Below, piece by piece: positions 18,613 through 27,171 of a DNA stretch of 39,671 bases (the first letter of the stretch is position 1; every line of letters begins with the position of its first letter). The notes below the pieces were generated by a model. That model was given only the letters and a program-made list of their open reading frames with translations. It ran no database searches and had not been told where the DNA came from. Where the stretch lies: positions 1 through 39,671 of the IMG/VR virus record IMGVR_UViG_3300030372_003590; one strand, given 5' to 3'. Origin of the DNA: a virus. Taxonomy: Duplodnaviria > Caudoviricetes. Position numbers and translations under genes: made by a program.

Positions 18613-20552
18613 CGACAACACGTTCACGTGATAGCAGCGGTTATGATGTGTACCTTGAATACGATGATGTTAAGGTAGGCTTTCGGCTTGCTCAGTCAGA
18701 AATGGGTTTAGCCTGGTCACGTGGCTTACAGCCAATGCTTGCAGAAGAACAACGTACATCAGGTACATTCGACTACCAGCAAGTACCAGCAGAAGTAGAT
18801 GTACCATTAGGTTTTGATAACTGGGCTGGTGGCTGTGGTGTAGATGAGCTATCTACTCTTACTTCTACAACCGTAGGATATAATTATTCACAATATATAG
18901 ATGCTTCTTACGGTGACAGATTATACCTTAGTCCAGCTTTTAATCAGCTTTATAAAACTGCTGCTAGTTCTACAACTATTGACGCTGCACCTACATTTAT
19001 GGCAGAAAATTCACTAGGTACGTATGTATGCGCTGGTAGATACTTATATAAGTACGACACAAGTAATGACCAATTCGATGAAGTAGATGATTTAGGTTCA
19101 GGTAATGCTTTTACTGGCCCTGTACGTGAGTTCAACGGCAAATTATATGCTCCAGCAGGAGATGATGTTGACTACGAAGTATCTTCAGATGGCACTACAT
19201 GGGCTGCATCAGCAGCTACAGATGACAATGCAGTGTTCTTTACAGCAAGAGGACGTACATCTACTACTCCCCAATTCTGGAAAATAGATAGCTCAGGTAA
19301 TATAAAGTCTGCTACTGCTCCAGATGGTAGCGGTAGTACATGGTCTGCTGCTGTACCAGTAGGGCATACTTCTGAAACAGTAAATGGTTTACTTACAGCA
19401 GATGACAAAGTATGGATATTCAAAAAAGAAGGTGTTTGGTTTTTTGACGGTACAAATGTCAATGATTTTTGGACTGGTGGCCGTCAAATGCTACGCGACA
19501 GTAATGGGAAGAATCCGTTGCTATGGGTAGATGGTTTTATTTATGTACCATACGGCGATAGATTGATGCAGATTGATCCGCAGAATGAAACATTTACCTT
19601 ACTTTACCCTACTAATGGGATGCTGGGTAATACTGAATTGAATGGTGCTATTACAGCTATAGCAGGAGATGCAGACTGGATATATTTGGCGCAGAAAAAC
19701 GCAAGTGGGAATACATATCTCATAAAAATAAACCCATACAAAACCGTACATACATGGAATTACCAGGGTTCTAACGATTGTAATGCGTTACTTGTTACTG
19801 GAGCAGGTGCTATAGCAGATAGTAACCCATCTGTTTTAGCTGGATACGGCAGTACAATAGGCAGTTATATCAATCCACGCGCAGGTATGCGCCCTCAAGA
19901 TGACGAAAACTACTTATATACAACCAATACTGGTCTTATCGTAGGGCCTAGACTGAATGTAGGGGCTAAGTTATTCAAAAAGTTTTTAAGCGCAGGTCGT
20001 GTATTAGGAGCGAGTATGACTGCTGCTGCTACTGCGGTGCTACGATATGAAATAGACGAGGCTTCTCCTGAAACAATAGTTACTGCGGATAACGATGGCG
20101 AATCTTTTGCTGTATTTACTAACGAAGTTGAGTTCAACCAGATTAGATATAACATGCAAATGACTACTGGTTCTGAAAGTCAAAGCCCTATAGTAAATTC
20201 AGTAGTTCTTAATACTATTTTGAACCCTCCGCGAAGAAAGAGTTGGACATTCTCAGTCACAGTGAATAGTGGGGTTATATTGTCAGGTGGCGGTAGAGCT
20301 AGTATGTCTGGCAATTACTTGGAATCATTCTTGTTTGGCGGTGTCCAGAAAAGAGTGACCCTTTACGACAGGCGTGGCGATAGAACGTATGTGGGGCGAA
20401 TTATTAATGTCAATGGGCGTATAATGCAGCCTATGTCTGATGGCGATTTAGAGGTATTTGACGTGATGTTTTATGAGATTGCAGACACTACATCAGGCGA
20501 TGTGGCAATTTACAATAGAGATGCTTATAATGTAGGCAAGGTATACGCATAG
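18609..20552 (+). CDS. Tail nozzle (tubular protein B-like, beta-propeller)
   Basis: 647 aa, beta-rich with Asp-box-like SSDGTTW; VWIFKKEG motif. Confidence 0.65.
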   Translation: MTTTRSRDSSGYDVYLEYDDVKVGFRLAQSEMGLAWSRGLQPMLAEEQRTSGTFDYQQVPAEVDVPLGFDNWAGGCGVDELSTLTSTTVGYNYSQYIDASYGDRLYLSPAFNQLYKTAASSTTIDAAPTFMAENSLGTYVCAGRYLYKYDTSNDQFDEVDDLGSGNAFTGPVREFNGKLYAPAGDDVDYEVSSDGTTWAASAATDDNAVFFTARGRTSTTPQFWKIDSSGNIKSATAPDGSGSTWSAAVPVGHTSETVNGLLTADDKVWIFKKEGVWFFDGTNVNDFWTGGRQMLRDSNGKNPLLWVDGFIYVPYGDRLMQIDPQNETFTLLYPTNGMLGNTELNGAITAIAGDADWIYLAQKNASGNTYLIKINPYKTVHTWNYQGSNDCNALLVTGAGAIADSNPSVLAGYGSTIGSYINPRAGMRPQDDENYLYTTNTGLIVGPRLNVGAKLFKKFLSAGRVLGASMTAAATAVLRYEIDEASPETIVTADNDGESFAVFTNEVEFNQIRYNMQMTTGSESQSPIVNSVVLNTILNPPRRKSWTFSVTVNSGVILSGGGRASMSGNYLESFLFGGVQKRVTLYDRRGDRTYVGRIINVNGRIMQPMSDGDLEVFDVMFYEIADTTSGDVAIYNRDAYNVGKVYA

Positions 20553-20561
20553 GCGGTAATT

Positions 20562-20987
20562 ATGGCTTTATCAAGTGTATCAGCAGGTAACGAAGTACAA
20601 GCTGCTAACATAAATCAGTTCAAAGAACACTTAGAAGGTGGGGCTGGTAAGACTGTTACCTATCTTCTACGAACAACTACAGGTGCAGACTTTACAGTAG
20701 TACTTGGCGGTAATAGTACAAGTAGAAAGCTCACAGTTAAAGATTCAGACAACAGTGAGATATTCAAGATTGATGCTGACGGTAATGTAACAGTAGGTGG
20801 CAGTTTAACTGTAGGTACATTGACTGCACCTGGAGCATCTAGCCCTTCACAAACAGGAGCAGGGCAGATGGTATATAACACTAGCAGCAACAAACTAACA
20901 GTTGGTAACGGTAGCAGTAGAGATGTTGTATCTACTGGAACACAACAAAGCGTACTTGGTATAGCAGTATTGCAGAGATTTAGATAG
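20562..20987 (+). CDS. Tail fiber protein (N-terminal anchor-like)
   Basis: SAGNEVQAANIN start motif; GQMVYNTSSNKL.VGNG fiber motif. Confidence 0.65.
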   Translation: MALSSVSAGNEVQAANINQFKEHLEGGAGKTVTYLLRTTTGADFTVVLGGNSTSRKLTVKDSDNSEIFKIDADGNVTVGGSLTVGTLTAPGASSPSQTGAGQMVYNTSSNKLTVGNGSSRDVVSTGTQQSVLGIAVLQRFR

Positions 20988-20996
20988 GAAGAACAC

Positions 20997-21830
20997 ATGA
21001 GTAATATATTCAATCCGTCAGGCGGTACTACTACTGTAACTGATCTAAGTGGAAATAACTGGAAAGCACTATATACAAATGGGTCAGGAACCGTCACTGA
21101 GTTAGCATTGGGAGCAGACGGTACTACTTTAGTAGGCAACGGCACTAGCTCAGCTCCTACATTTGGTAATCTGACTGACCTTAAAGGCGGTAACGACAAG
21201 GTACTTTTCACTAATAGCTCAGGGGTATTAACTGAGCTTGCGATTGGAGCCAGCGGTACATACTTAAAGTCTGCTGGTACTACGTCTAATCCTACTTGGG
21301 CTGCTGCTGGTGGTAACTGGGCAGAAGTAGCTAAAGGTGCTACATCATCTGGATCTGCAACAACATTTAACATTACATCTTTGTCTAATTATCGAGCATT
21401 ACGTGGATGGTTTACGTTCCCCTCGTTGGCTAGTGGAACAGGTGCAGTAAACTGGACAGTCAATGGACTTACAGGAAACTACTATAAAGTTACACACCAA
21501 AGATACACTGGTACTACTGCCTCTATTAGTGGTATGTGGACTGGAACTGCTGGTGGTTCTTCGTTTAACGGATCACAAGCCTATGTAATGTTTGATATAT
21601 ATTTTCTTGCACAAGGTTATGAAACTACAAACAGAGCAACAATCTATGGAGTATTTAATCTATACAATCCAATAGGTACAGGTACGAGAGATATGACACA
21701 GTGGGTATATGATGAACCTTTAACTTCTGATACTGGACTTACAGCTTTAAATATATATAGCGGTGCTTCTACTGTACATACTAGCACTGGCTATAACTCA
21801 TATTACGTTGAAGGTTACACACAAAGCTAG
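20997..21830 (+). CDS. Tail fiber/receptor-binding protein
   Basis: Two 45-aa repeats, then a beta-sandwich-like C-terminal domain. Confidence 0.7.
   Translation: MSNIFNPSGGTTTVTDLSGNNWKALYTNGSGTVTELALGADGTTLVGNGTSSAPTFGNLTDLKGGNDKVLFTNSSGVLTELAIGASGTYLKSAGTTSNPTWAAAGGNWAEVAKGATSSGSATTFNITSLSNYRALRGWFTFPSLASGTGAVNWTVNGLTGNYYKVTHQRYTGTTASISGMWTGTAGGSSFNGSQAYVMFDIYFLAQGYETTNRATIYGVFNLYNPIGTGTRDMTQWVYDEPLTSDTGLTALNIYSGASTVHTSTGYNSYYVEGYTQS
21039..21308 (+). repeat. Two tandem 45-aa fiber repeats (TDL.G.N.K.L.TN.SG..TELA.GA.GT.L...GT.S.PT)
   Basis: Visible in the translation. Confidence 0.85.
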
Positions 21831-21836
21831 GAGATT

Positions 21837-22187
21837 ATGATGGCTATTAAATACCGAGAACATATAGATACAGATGGTGTACATCGTGAATGGACTAATG
21901 AAAATGGTGTAGTCCAACGTGAATTGATGGAGCCATCTGACGCATTTATTGCAAGTAACGTACCTACATGGGAGCAGTTTCAAGTACGTTCTATACGTAA
22001 TGCGTACCTTGCTGCTACCGACTGGTGTCTTTTACCTGATAGTCCATTGACAAGTGATCAGCAAAGCGAAGCAACACAGTATCGTCAACAGCTACGAGAT
22101 CTTCCTGAAAACTACACAGACGTTTATGAAGTAACCGCTGCATTGGATAATCTAAAACCTGAAAACACACTAAGTTTTCTAAAGTAA
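21837..22187 (+). CDS. Tail fiber assembly chaperone
   Basis: RN..L..TDW..LPDSPL...YRQQLRDLP signature. Confidence 0.9.
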   Translation: MMAIKYREHIDTDGVHREWTNENGVVQRELMEPSDAFIASNVPTWEQFQVRSIRNAYLAATDWCLLPDSPLTSDQQSEATQYRQQLRDLPENYTDVYEVTAALDNLKPENTLSFLK

Positions 22188-22202
22188 AGATAGGAGTCAG
22201 AG

Positions 22203-22580
22203 ATGGCTGCACAAGATACATTTGAAATTATGAAACTCTCTGGCTCTACAGATGGCAGAGGGATTAGCGTTACTGCTACTTCCAGTGCTGGTACTACAAT
22301 CCACACTGGTAGCTCAACAGCAGCACACTACGACACAATAAACTTATATGCTACGAACATTGATACATCTGCTATCAAGTTGACTATCGAATGGGGTGGT
22401 ACAACAGCAGCAGGTGATCATATCGAAGTAACAATACCCCCTGAATCTGGACTAGTGAAGGTAGTAGAAGGTGGACTTATCAAAGGTAATGCTTCCGCAG
22501 CCTTGATAGTCAAAGCCTTTGCTGGAACAACAGCTAAGATAGCAATCTACGGCGATGTGATTCGAGCGAGTACTTCCTAG
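22203..22580 (+). CDS. Small virion/tail protein
   Basis: LSGSTDGRGISV..GTTIHTG..LTIEWGG pattern familiar from environmental phage tail clusters. Confidence 0.7.
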   Translation: MAAQDTFEIMKLSGSTDGRGISVTATSSAGTTIHTGSSTAAHYDTINLYATNIDTSAIKLTIEWGGTTAAGDHIEVTIPPESGLVKVVEGGLIKGNASAALIVKAFAGTTAKIAIYGDVIRASTS

Positions 22581-23218
22581 TGGCATATGTTAAAGCAGAT
22601 ATGCGTAGCCCTATGGTTACTCAACCTCTCTCTGATGCCTCTAATATGGGCAATGGATGGGAAGGCTGGGATCTTATTGCCAGAGCAACTATGACTTCTG
22701 CTGCTGCCCAATTTAGCTTTACTAATATTGGAAATTTCGATGCTACGCCTGCTGATAATATCTATACTCATATGCGTATCATGGGATACTTCAAGAACGA
22801 CTCTACTGAAGGTGATATAACACTGGACTGGACTGGTGGAGCTGGCTCTAATGTAAATTTTGCAATCGACACAGTTACACATAACTCTGGCACTGGAGGT
22901 GGATATTGGTCTGGTAACTATACTACATCTGGTTCAGCACAAAGAGTTGGTCACATGTATTCTAGTGATAGCTGTCTAATAGATGTCATTCACTCTGGTC
23001 AACATGGGCTAACAAACGAGTTTTATTATAATATGTTTACTGGATATGCGAGTGTAAATAATGACAATACTGTTTATGCTCAATGGTACGGCGGTAAGCT
23101 ATATCACGGTGCTACTGCACAAAACATGTCCTCTTTATTAATAACTTGTACAGGTGGAAGTTTTGCAGTTGGATCTACAGTTGCCATACTTGGTAATAGG
23201 TATGGGTATGGTGACTAA
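22580..23218 (+). CDS. Tail-associated receptor-binding-like paralog
   Basis: WDLIA..FSFTNI..Y.HMRI N-terminal motif and GS.VAILG C-terminus. Confidence 0.65.
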   Translation: MAYVKADMRSPMVTQPLSDASNMGNGWEGWDLIARATMTSAAAQFSFTNIGNFDATPADNIYTHMRIMGYFKNDSTEGDITLDWTGGAGSNVNFAIDTVTHNSGTGGGYWSGNYTTSGSAQRVGHMYSSDSCLIDVIHSGQHGLTNEFYYNMFTGYASVNNDNTVYAQWYGGKLYHGATAQNMSSLLITCTGGSFAVGSTVAILGNRYGYGD

Positions 23219-23769
23219 TGGGATACTCACAACTAGGTGCAATATCAAAACCGTTAGCACATAAAGTAACTGCATGGGAACTTATTAGTGCAGTGCGTGT
23301 AGATTCTGGAACGCCAAATAAGCCATCTGAAATTGCAGTAAATGTTCAAGGTTATACTTTTGTCTACTGTCAGTGGTATATACAAAACGGTGACGGTTCT
23401 ACAGTGCAAATGCAAGTAAATTTGAATACTACTGGCACTACTAGTAACCATGAGTGGACTCAAATGTATGGAGTTGATGACAGTGCTAAACAAACTGGCA
23501 GTGGTTCTACTCTAGATATAATAAAAGGTGTGTTACCTACAGATGGATGGGGAGCTACAGGCTATTTCTTATATGCGAAACCTTTAGGTAGTAGCGAAGG
23601 ACATCTTATTGGATTTTCTGGTGGTGACTATGGAGATACTGACAATTATTTATACCCTACATTAACAGCAGGAATCTTCGATAATCTTTCACAACCTATG
23701 ACGGTAGTACGGTTTGCAAATGCAAATAACTTCGATAACTTTAGTGCACAGTTATGGGGGGTACGCTAA
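23218..23769 (+). CDS. Tail-associated receptor-binding-like paralog
   Basis: WELIS N-terminal motif; QLWGVR C-terminus. Confidence 0.65.
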   Translation: MGYSQLGAISKPLAHKVTAWELISAVRVDSGTPNKPSEIAVNVQGYTFVYCQWYIQNGDGSTVQMQVNLNTTGTTSNHEWTQMYGVDDSAKQTGSGSTLDIIKGVLPTDGWGATGYFLYAKPLGSSEGHLIGFSGGDYGDTDNYLYPTLTAGIFDNLSQPMTVVRFANANNFDNFSAQLWGVR

Positions 23770-24323
23770 TGCTTAGTGGAAACATGCGTGTCCTTGCAAG
23801 AGTTGCTGGAGGTGGATCATCTGTAAACTTCAATTCATCTAACATGAATGGCTGTACTGTTTTCTGTATTCAATATACTTATTACGCAGGTGGAAGTATT
23901 ACTGGTGGTACACAAAATTGTTATGTCAGTTTAAATGGAGAAGCTGGATCTGGATCAGATTATAAGTCAGGACACCACGTATTTAATTATGATGCTCAGA
24001 GTAGTGTAGTAGGGGCATCTGCTACTAACTTATGGTGGAATGTTAATGAAAACAACAGCTTTTACATATTAGCAGCAGCTACAGGTCAACCTGATGCAAG
24101 CGATGGTGTAAGCGGTGAGCTGTGGGTAAAAAGTAATAAGCGAGATTCTTCATGGGCTATGATATATAACCGTCTTATTAACTGGGGAAACCAAAACAAA
24201 CTAAATTCATTGTCATCAGTATGTGCAACCAGTGCAGTGACTGGTCAAATTACATCTATAGAGTTCACAGCAAGTTCAGGAGTTATGATTATGTTAGCAA
24301 CATTATGGGGAGGAGCAGACTAA
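23769..24323 (+). CDS. Tail-associated receptor-binding-like paralog
   Basis: TAATG-coupled start; ITSIEF..TLWGG C-terminus. Confidence 0.65.
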   Translation: MLSGNMRVLARVAGGGSSVNFNSSNMNGCTVFCIQYTYYAGGSITGGTQNCYVSLNGEAGSGSDYKSGHHVFNYDAQSSVVGASATNLWWNVNENNSFYILAAATGQPDASDGVSGELWVKSNKRDSSWAMIYNRLINWGNQNKLNSLSSVCATSAVTGQITSIEFTASSGVMIMLATLWGGAD

Positions 24324-24757
24324 TGGGTGACATAGTGCTTTGGAATCAAAGTGGTGGCTGGGAACAGATGGATGGAGCACAAGGACTTACTCGTCCCTCT
24401 AAATGGTTCGATGCTCAACGAGCATTTCAATATAACAACTACCAAGTAGAACAATATGCTAATCAGATTGTAGATACTACTCAATTTATTTCACAGAAAC
24501 GTGCAGAGATTGGTGGCTTACGTGCAGGTATAGAAGCTAAAGACTTCACTGAAGCAGATGTTGCTGATGATATTGTTAGGTTGAATGATAATATAAAAGT
24601 CTTACAGGATAATCTCGAACAACAAAAGAAAGATTTGAAGCAGTGTGAAGATGATGTTCCATTATTGGAAGCAGCATTACTAGAAGCAACAGACGAATAC
24701 GAAAAAGTTAAAGGAGATGAAGATGCACTTAAAACTTGGATTGAGTCAAACCAATAG
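24323..24757 (+). CDS. Coiled-coil hypothetical protein
   Basis: TAATG-coupled start at 24323; heptad-rich acidic C-terminal half. Confidence 0.7.
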   Translation: MGDIVLWNQSGGWEQMDGAQGLTRPSKWFDAQRAFQYNNYQVEQYANQIVDTTQFISQKRAEIGGLRAGIEAKDFTEADVADDIVRLNDNIKVLQDNLEQQKKDLKQCEDDVPLLEAALLEATDEYEKVKGDEDALKTWIESNQ

Positions 24758-24806
24758 ACGCTTCAACTGTCCTTGCGATGGCTGTTGTGATACTTGTACT
24801 TGTTGA
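24723..24806 (+). CDS. Cys-rich micropeptide MHLKLGLSQTNRRFNCPCDGCCDTCTC (27 aa)
   Basis: Manual translation; AAGGAG 6 nt upstream; fills the 24758-24820 gap. Confidence 0.5.
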   Translation: MHLKLGLSQTNRRFNCPCDGCCDTCTC

Positions 24807-24820
24807 ATGGAAGGTAGATC

Positions 24821-25057
24821 ATGTCCGATCCCATTCTCACAGACATAGATCGACGTTTAGAAAGAATAGAGAACGGCATCTTCGGCAATGGTCGCGAAGG
24901 ATTAATTCAAGCCGTAGCACGTTTAGATGAAAGAGTCACAGACTCTGAGGAACACATTGAACAGATTGAAAAATCTCACAGCACATGGGCAGGTAGATTG
25001 TACTCAATGGCACTTACAGCAGGGATGTTAGTATATGGTTTTTGGGATCAAAGATAA
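24821..25057 (+). CDS. Holin/anti-holin-like membrane protein
   Basis: GNGREGL motif, coiled coil and C-terminal transmembrane helix; upstream of the endolysin. Confidence 0.6.
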   Translation: MSDPILTDIDRRLERIENGIFGNGREGLIQAVARLDERVTDSEEHIEQIEKSHSTWAGRLYSMALTAGMLVYGFWDQR

Positions 25058-25066
25058 GGATTCGAC

Positions 25067-25732
25067 ATGGCAGCAACTAATTGGATGCCTGATTGTAGAC
25101 GTGTTCCTACTGGGGCTTATGGTGGCTACGGTAGCATTGAAGCTGACACGGTGGTGTGTCATAGCATTGAGGGCTGGCGTACAACTATGGATCAGTGGGC
25201 GAGCGAAAAAGAAGTAGTCCACCAAGCTAGTTATCACTTCGTAATAGACAAAGATGGAACTATTACCCAGTATGTACCAGTAAACCAAGCAGCGTGGCAC
25301 GCAGGGCGTGTAGACGCTACAACAAATCCTTCCGTTGGTGTGCCGTGGACTGGCTATCGTGGAGTCAATCCTAATTCACATACTATAGGCATTGGTGCTG
25401 AAGGATTTAGTGGTAAGAACTGGACACTGGCACAACACAATAGCTGTATAGCAATACTCAAGTGGCTTACTGAACAGCACAATATAATTATCCATGAAGA
25501 AAATCTAATAGGGCATTGTGATATTAGTCCTATGACACGACCTGATGATCCTGGTGATAACTGGGATAAAGAACTTTTACTTGGTGCAGCAAAAGAAAAA
25601 GTTGTACCTGAGCCTATAAAGAAAGGAGACTTTGCAGCTTGGACTAATGCTTGGTTGAGCAGTCCATCAACCCCAATCCGCTATGAAGGCGGATATGAAA
25701 TACATCAAATACAAATTCCGAGGAGAAAGTAA
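25067..25732 (+). CDS. Endolysin, N-acetylmuramoyl-L-alanine amidase (Amidase_2)
   Basis: VVCHS, SYHFVIDKDG, AWHAG, N..TIGI, IGH..I...DPG motifs. Confidence 0.92.
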   Translation: MAATNWMPDCRRVPTGAYGGYGSIEADTVVCHSIEGWRTTMDQWASEKEVVHQASYHFVIDKDGTITQYVPVNQAAWHAGRVDATTNPSVGVPWTGYRGVNPNSHTIGIGAEGFSGKNWTLAQHNSCIAILKWLTEQHNIIIHEENLIGHCDISPMTRPDDPGDNWDKELLLGAAKEKVVPEPIKKGDFAAWTNAWLSSPSTPIRYEGGYEIHQIQIPRRK

Positions 25733-25917
25733 TGCCACGAACGTTGCATAAAGGTTTGCGCGATTTAATAATAATTGCAGTATCTGCTGCTCTAATATCT
25801 TTAGCTGAAAATGCAGGTGACTTTGGTATACCTGCAGCATCTGCACCTATTGTTAGTGCTGGTGCATTAGCTATCTACAGGATGATTAGAGACAAGGCAA
25901 ACAACAGTGGATCTTGA
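25732..25917 (+). CDS. Probable holin (two transmembrane helices)
   Basis: 61 aa with two hydrophobic helices, right after the amidase. Confidence 0.6.
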   Translation: MPRTLHKGLRDLIIIAVSAALISLAENAGDFGIPAASAPIVSAGALAIYRMIRDKANNSGS

Positions 25918-26239
25918 GGCATTAGACGATAAATTAGCAACAGCACAACGACTACTCTACGCAGCAGAAACACGTGGAGCAAACGATCAATACCCAGAGT
26001 TTAAAGTAGTACGAGAATTACTGATGCCTGTACGTTTACAAATGCACCAGGATACAGTATCCGCTATGAGTGCAGTATCAGAAAAACCTGTGGTATCATC
26101 TAAACTAGACATAATGAGCCAAGCTGTACAGCAGGGGTACACTGGTGAGTTTTGTGATCAGTGTTTTGGTGTGAGAATGATAAAGACAGGTACTTGCAGC
26201 ACATGTCAGGAATGTGGGGTAACGACAGGCTGTAGTTAA
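25907..26239 (+). CDS. Protein with class II RNR (NrdJ)-type C-terminal zinc ribbon
   Basis: GYTGEFCDQC...GTCSTCQECGVTTGCS matches the NrdJ C-terminal pattern GYTG..C..C....GTC..C..CG.TTGCS as recalled. Confidence 0.75.
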   Translation: MDLEALDDKLATAQRLLYAAETRGANDQYPEFKVVRELLMPVRLQMHQDTVSAMSAVSEKPVVSSKLDIMSQAVQQGYTGEFCDQCFGVRMIKTGTCSTCQECGVTTGCS

Positions 26240-26260
26240 TATAGAGATGAGGCCCCCCAA

Positions 26261-27145
26261 ATGGAACTATCGTCAGTTGAGCATCTAACCAATAAGCCTC
26301 TGCCGTGGAAAGAAACTTTAATTATCCCTATTGGCGATATACAGCTCCAGCAACAGCGCGATGTTGTAGATCTGGAACGCCTCAAAGAAGTTGTAGCATA
26401 CGGAGTAAAGAATAATGCGTGGTTTATTGGGATGGGTGACTTCATCGATATGGAATCACCGTCGAATCGTAAGAAACTTAGGGAGTCTGGTTTTTACGAT
26501 AGTGTTGTTGATGCGATTGATGCAAAAGCAGAAGAACTCGAAGAAGAACTTCAAAAAATCTTAAAACCTACTGTTGGTAAATGGCTTGGACTGCTTGAAG
26601 GTCATCACTTTCACATACATCAAGACGGTACAACTACCGACCAGCGGATGGCTAGCTTTCTTAAGGCTCCATTCTTAGGTACGTGTGCTTATATTAACCT
26701 TACATTCAAACCAAACAATAAATCTCACGGAAGGCCTAAAGTTCTTATATGGGCGCATCATGGTCGAAGTGGGGGTAAACTACTATCCAGTCCATTGAAC
26801 CAGCTAGAGCACGTTGTGAGAGGCTTTGACGCGGATATCTATTTGTTAGGTCATCACCATAAAGCAGTAGCAGGTAAACTTGCACGTATGTATGCACAGT
26901 TTAACACTACAGTTGGCTACCTCAAGAACAAAGAAATGATTATTGCATGTACTGGGTCGTTCCTAAAGGGATTTGTTGAAGGTGTAAAGAGAGATGGCAG
27001 GCCAGGTGGATTATACCCTGAAGCTGCAATGATGAACCCATTGGCTCTTGGTGTTATCAAACTATGGATACGCCCAACGTATAAGAAATTGTTAGGTCAA
27101 GAGCGAGGCGGTGTGCCTACTATTGAGATGAACGTTGAGGTATAA
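26261..27145 (+). CDS. Calcineurin-like metallophosphoesterase
   Basis: IGDIQ, GMGDFID, EGHH, AHHG, LGHHH motifs. Confidence 0.85.
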   Translation: MELSSVEHLTNKPLPWKETLIIPIGDIQLQQQRDVVDLERLKEVVAYGVKNNAWFIGMGDFIDMESPSNRKKLRESGFYDSVVDAIDAKAEELEEELQKILKPTVGKWLGLLEGHHFHIHQDGTTTDQRMASFLKAPFLGTCAYINLTFKPNNKSHGRPKVLIWAHHGRSGGKLLSSPLNQLEHVVRGFDADIYLLGHHHKAVAGKLARMYAQFNTTVGYLKNKEMIIACTGSFLKGFVEGVKRDGRPGGLYPEAAMMNPLALGVIKLWIRPTYKKLLGQERGGVPTIEMNVEV

Positions 27146-27171
27146 TAAATTTATGGAAACAACGTTTTTAT

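Noticed and set aside
20660-21373. 237-aa minus-strand ORF and other antisense ORFs in the track
   Set aside because: Shadow frames of well-supported genes, with no RBS or motifs.
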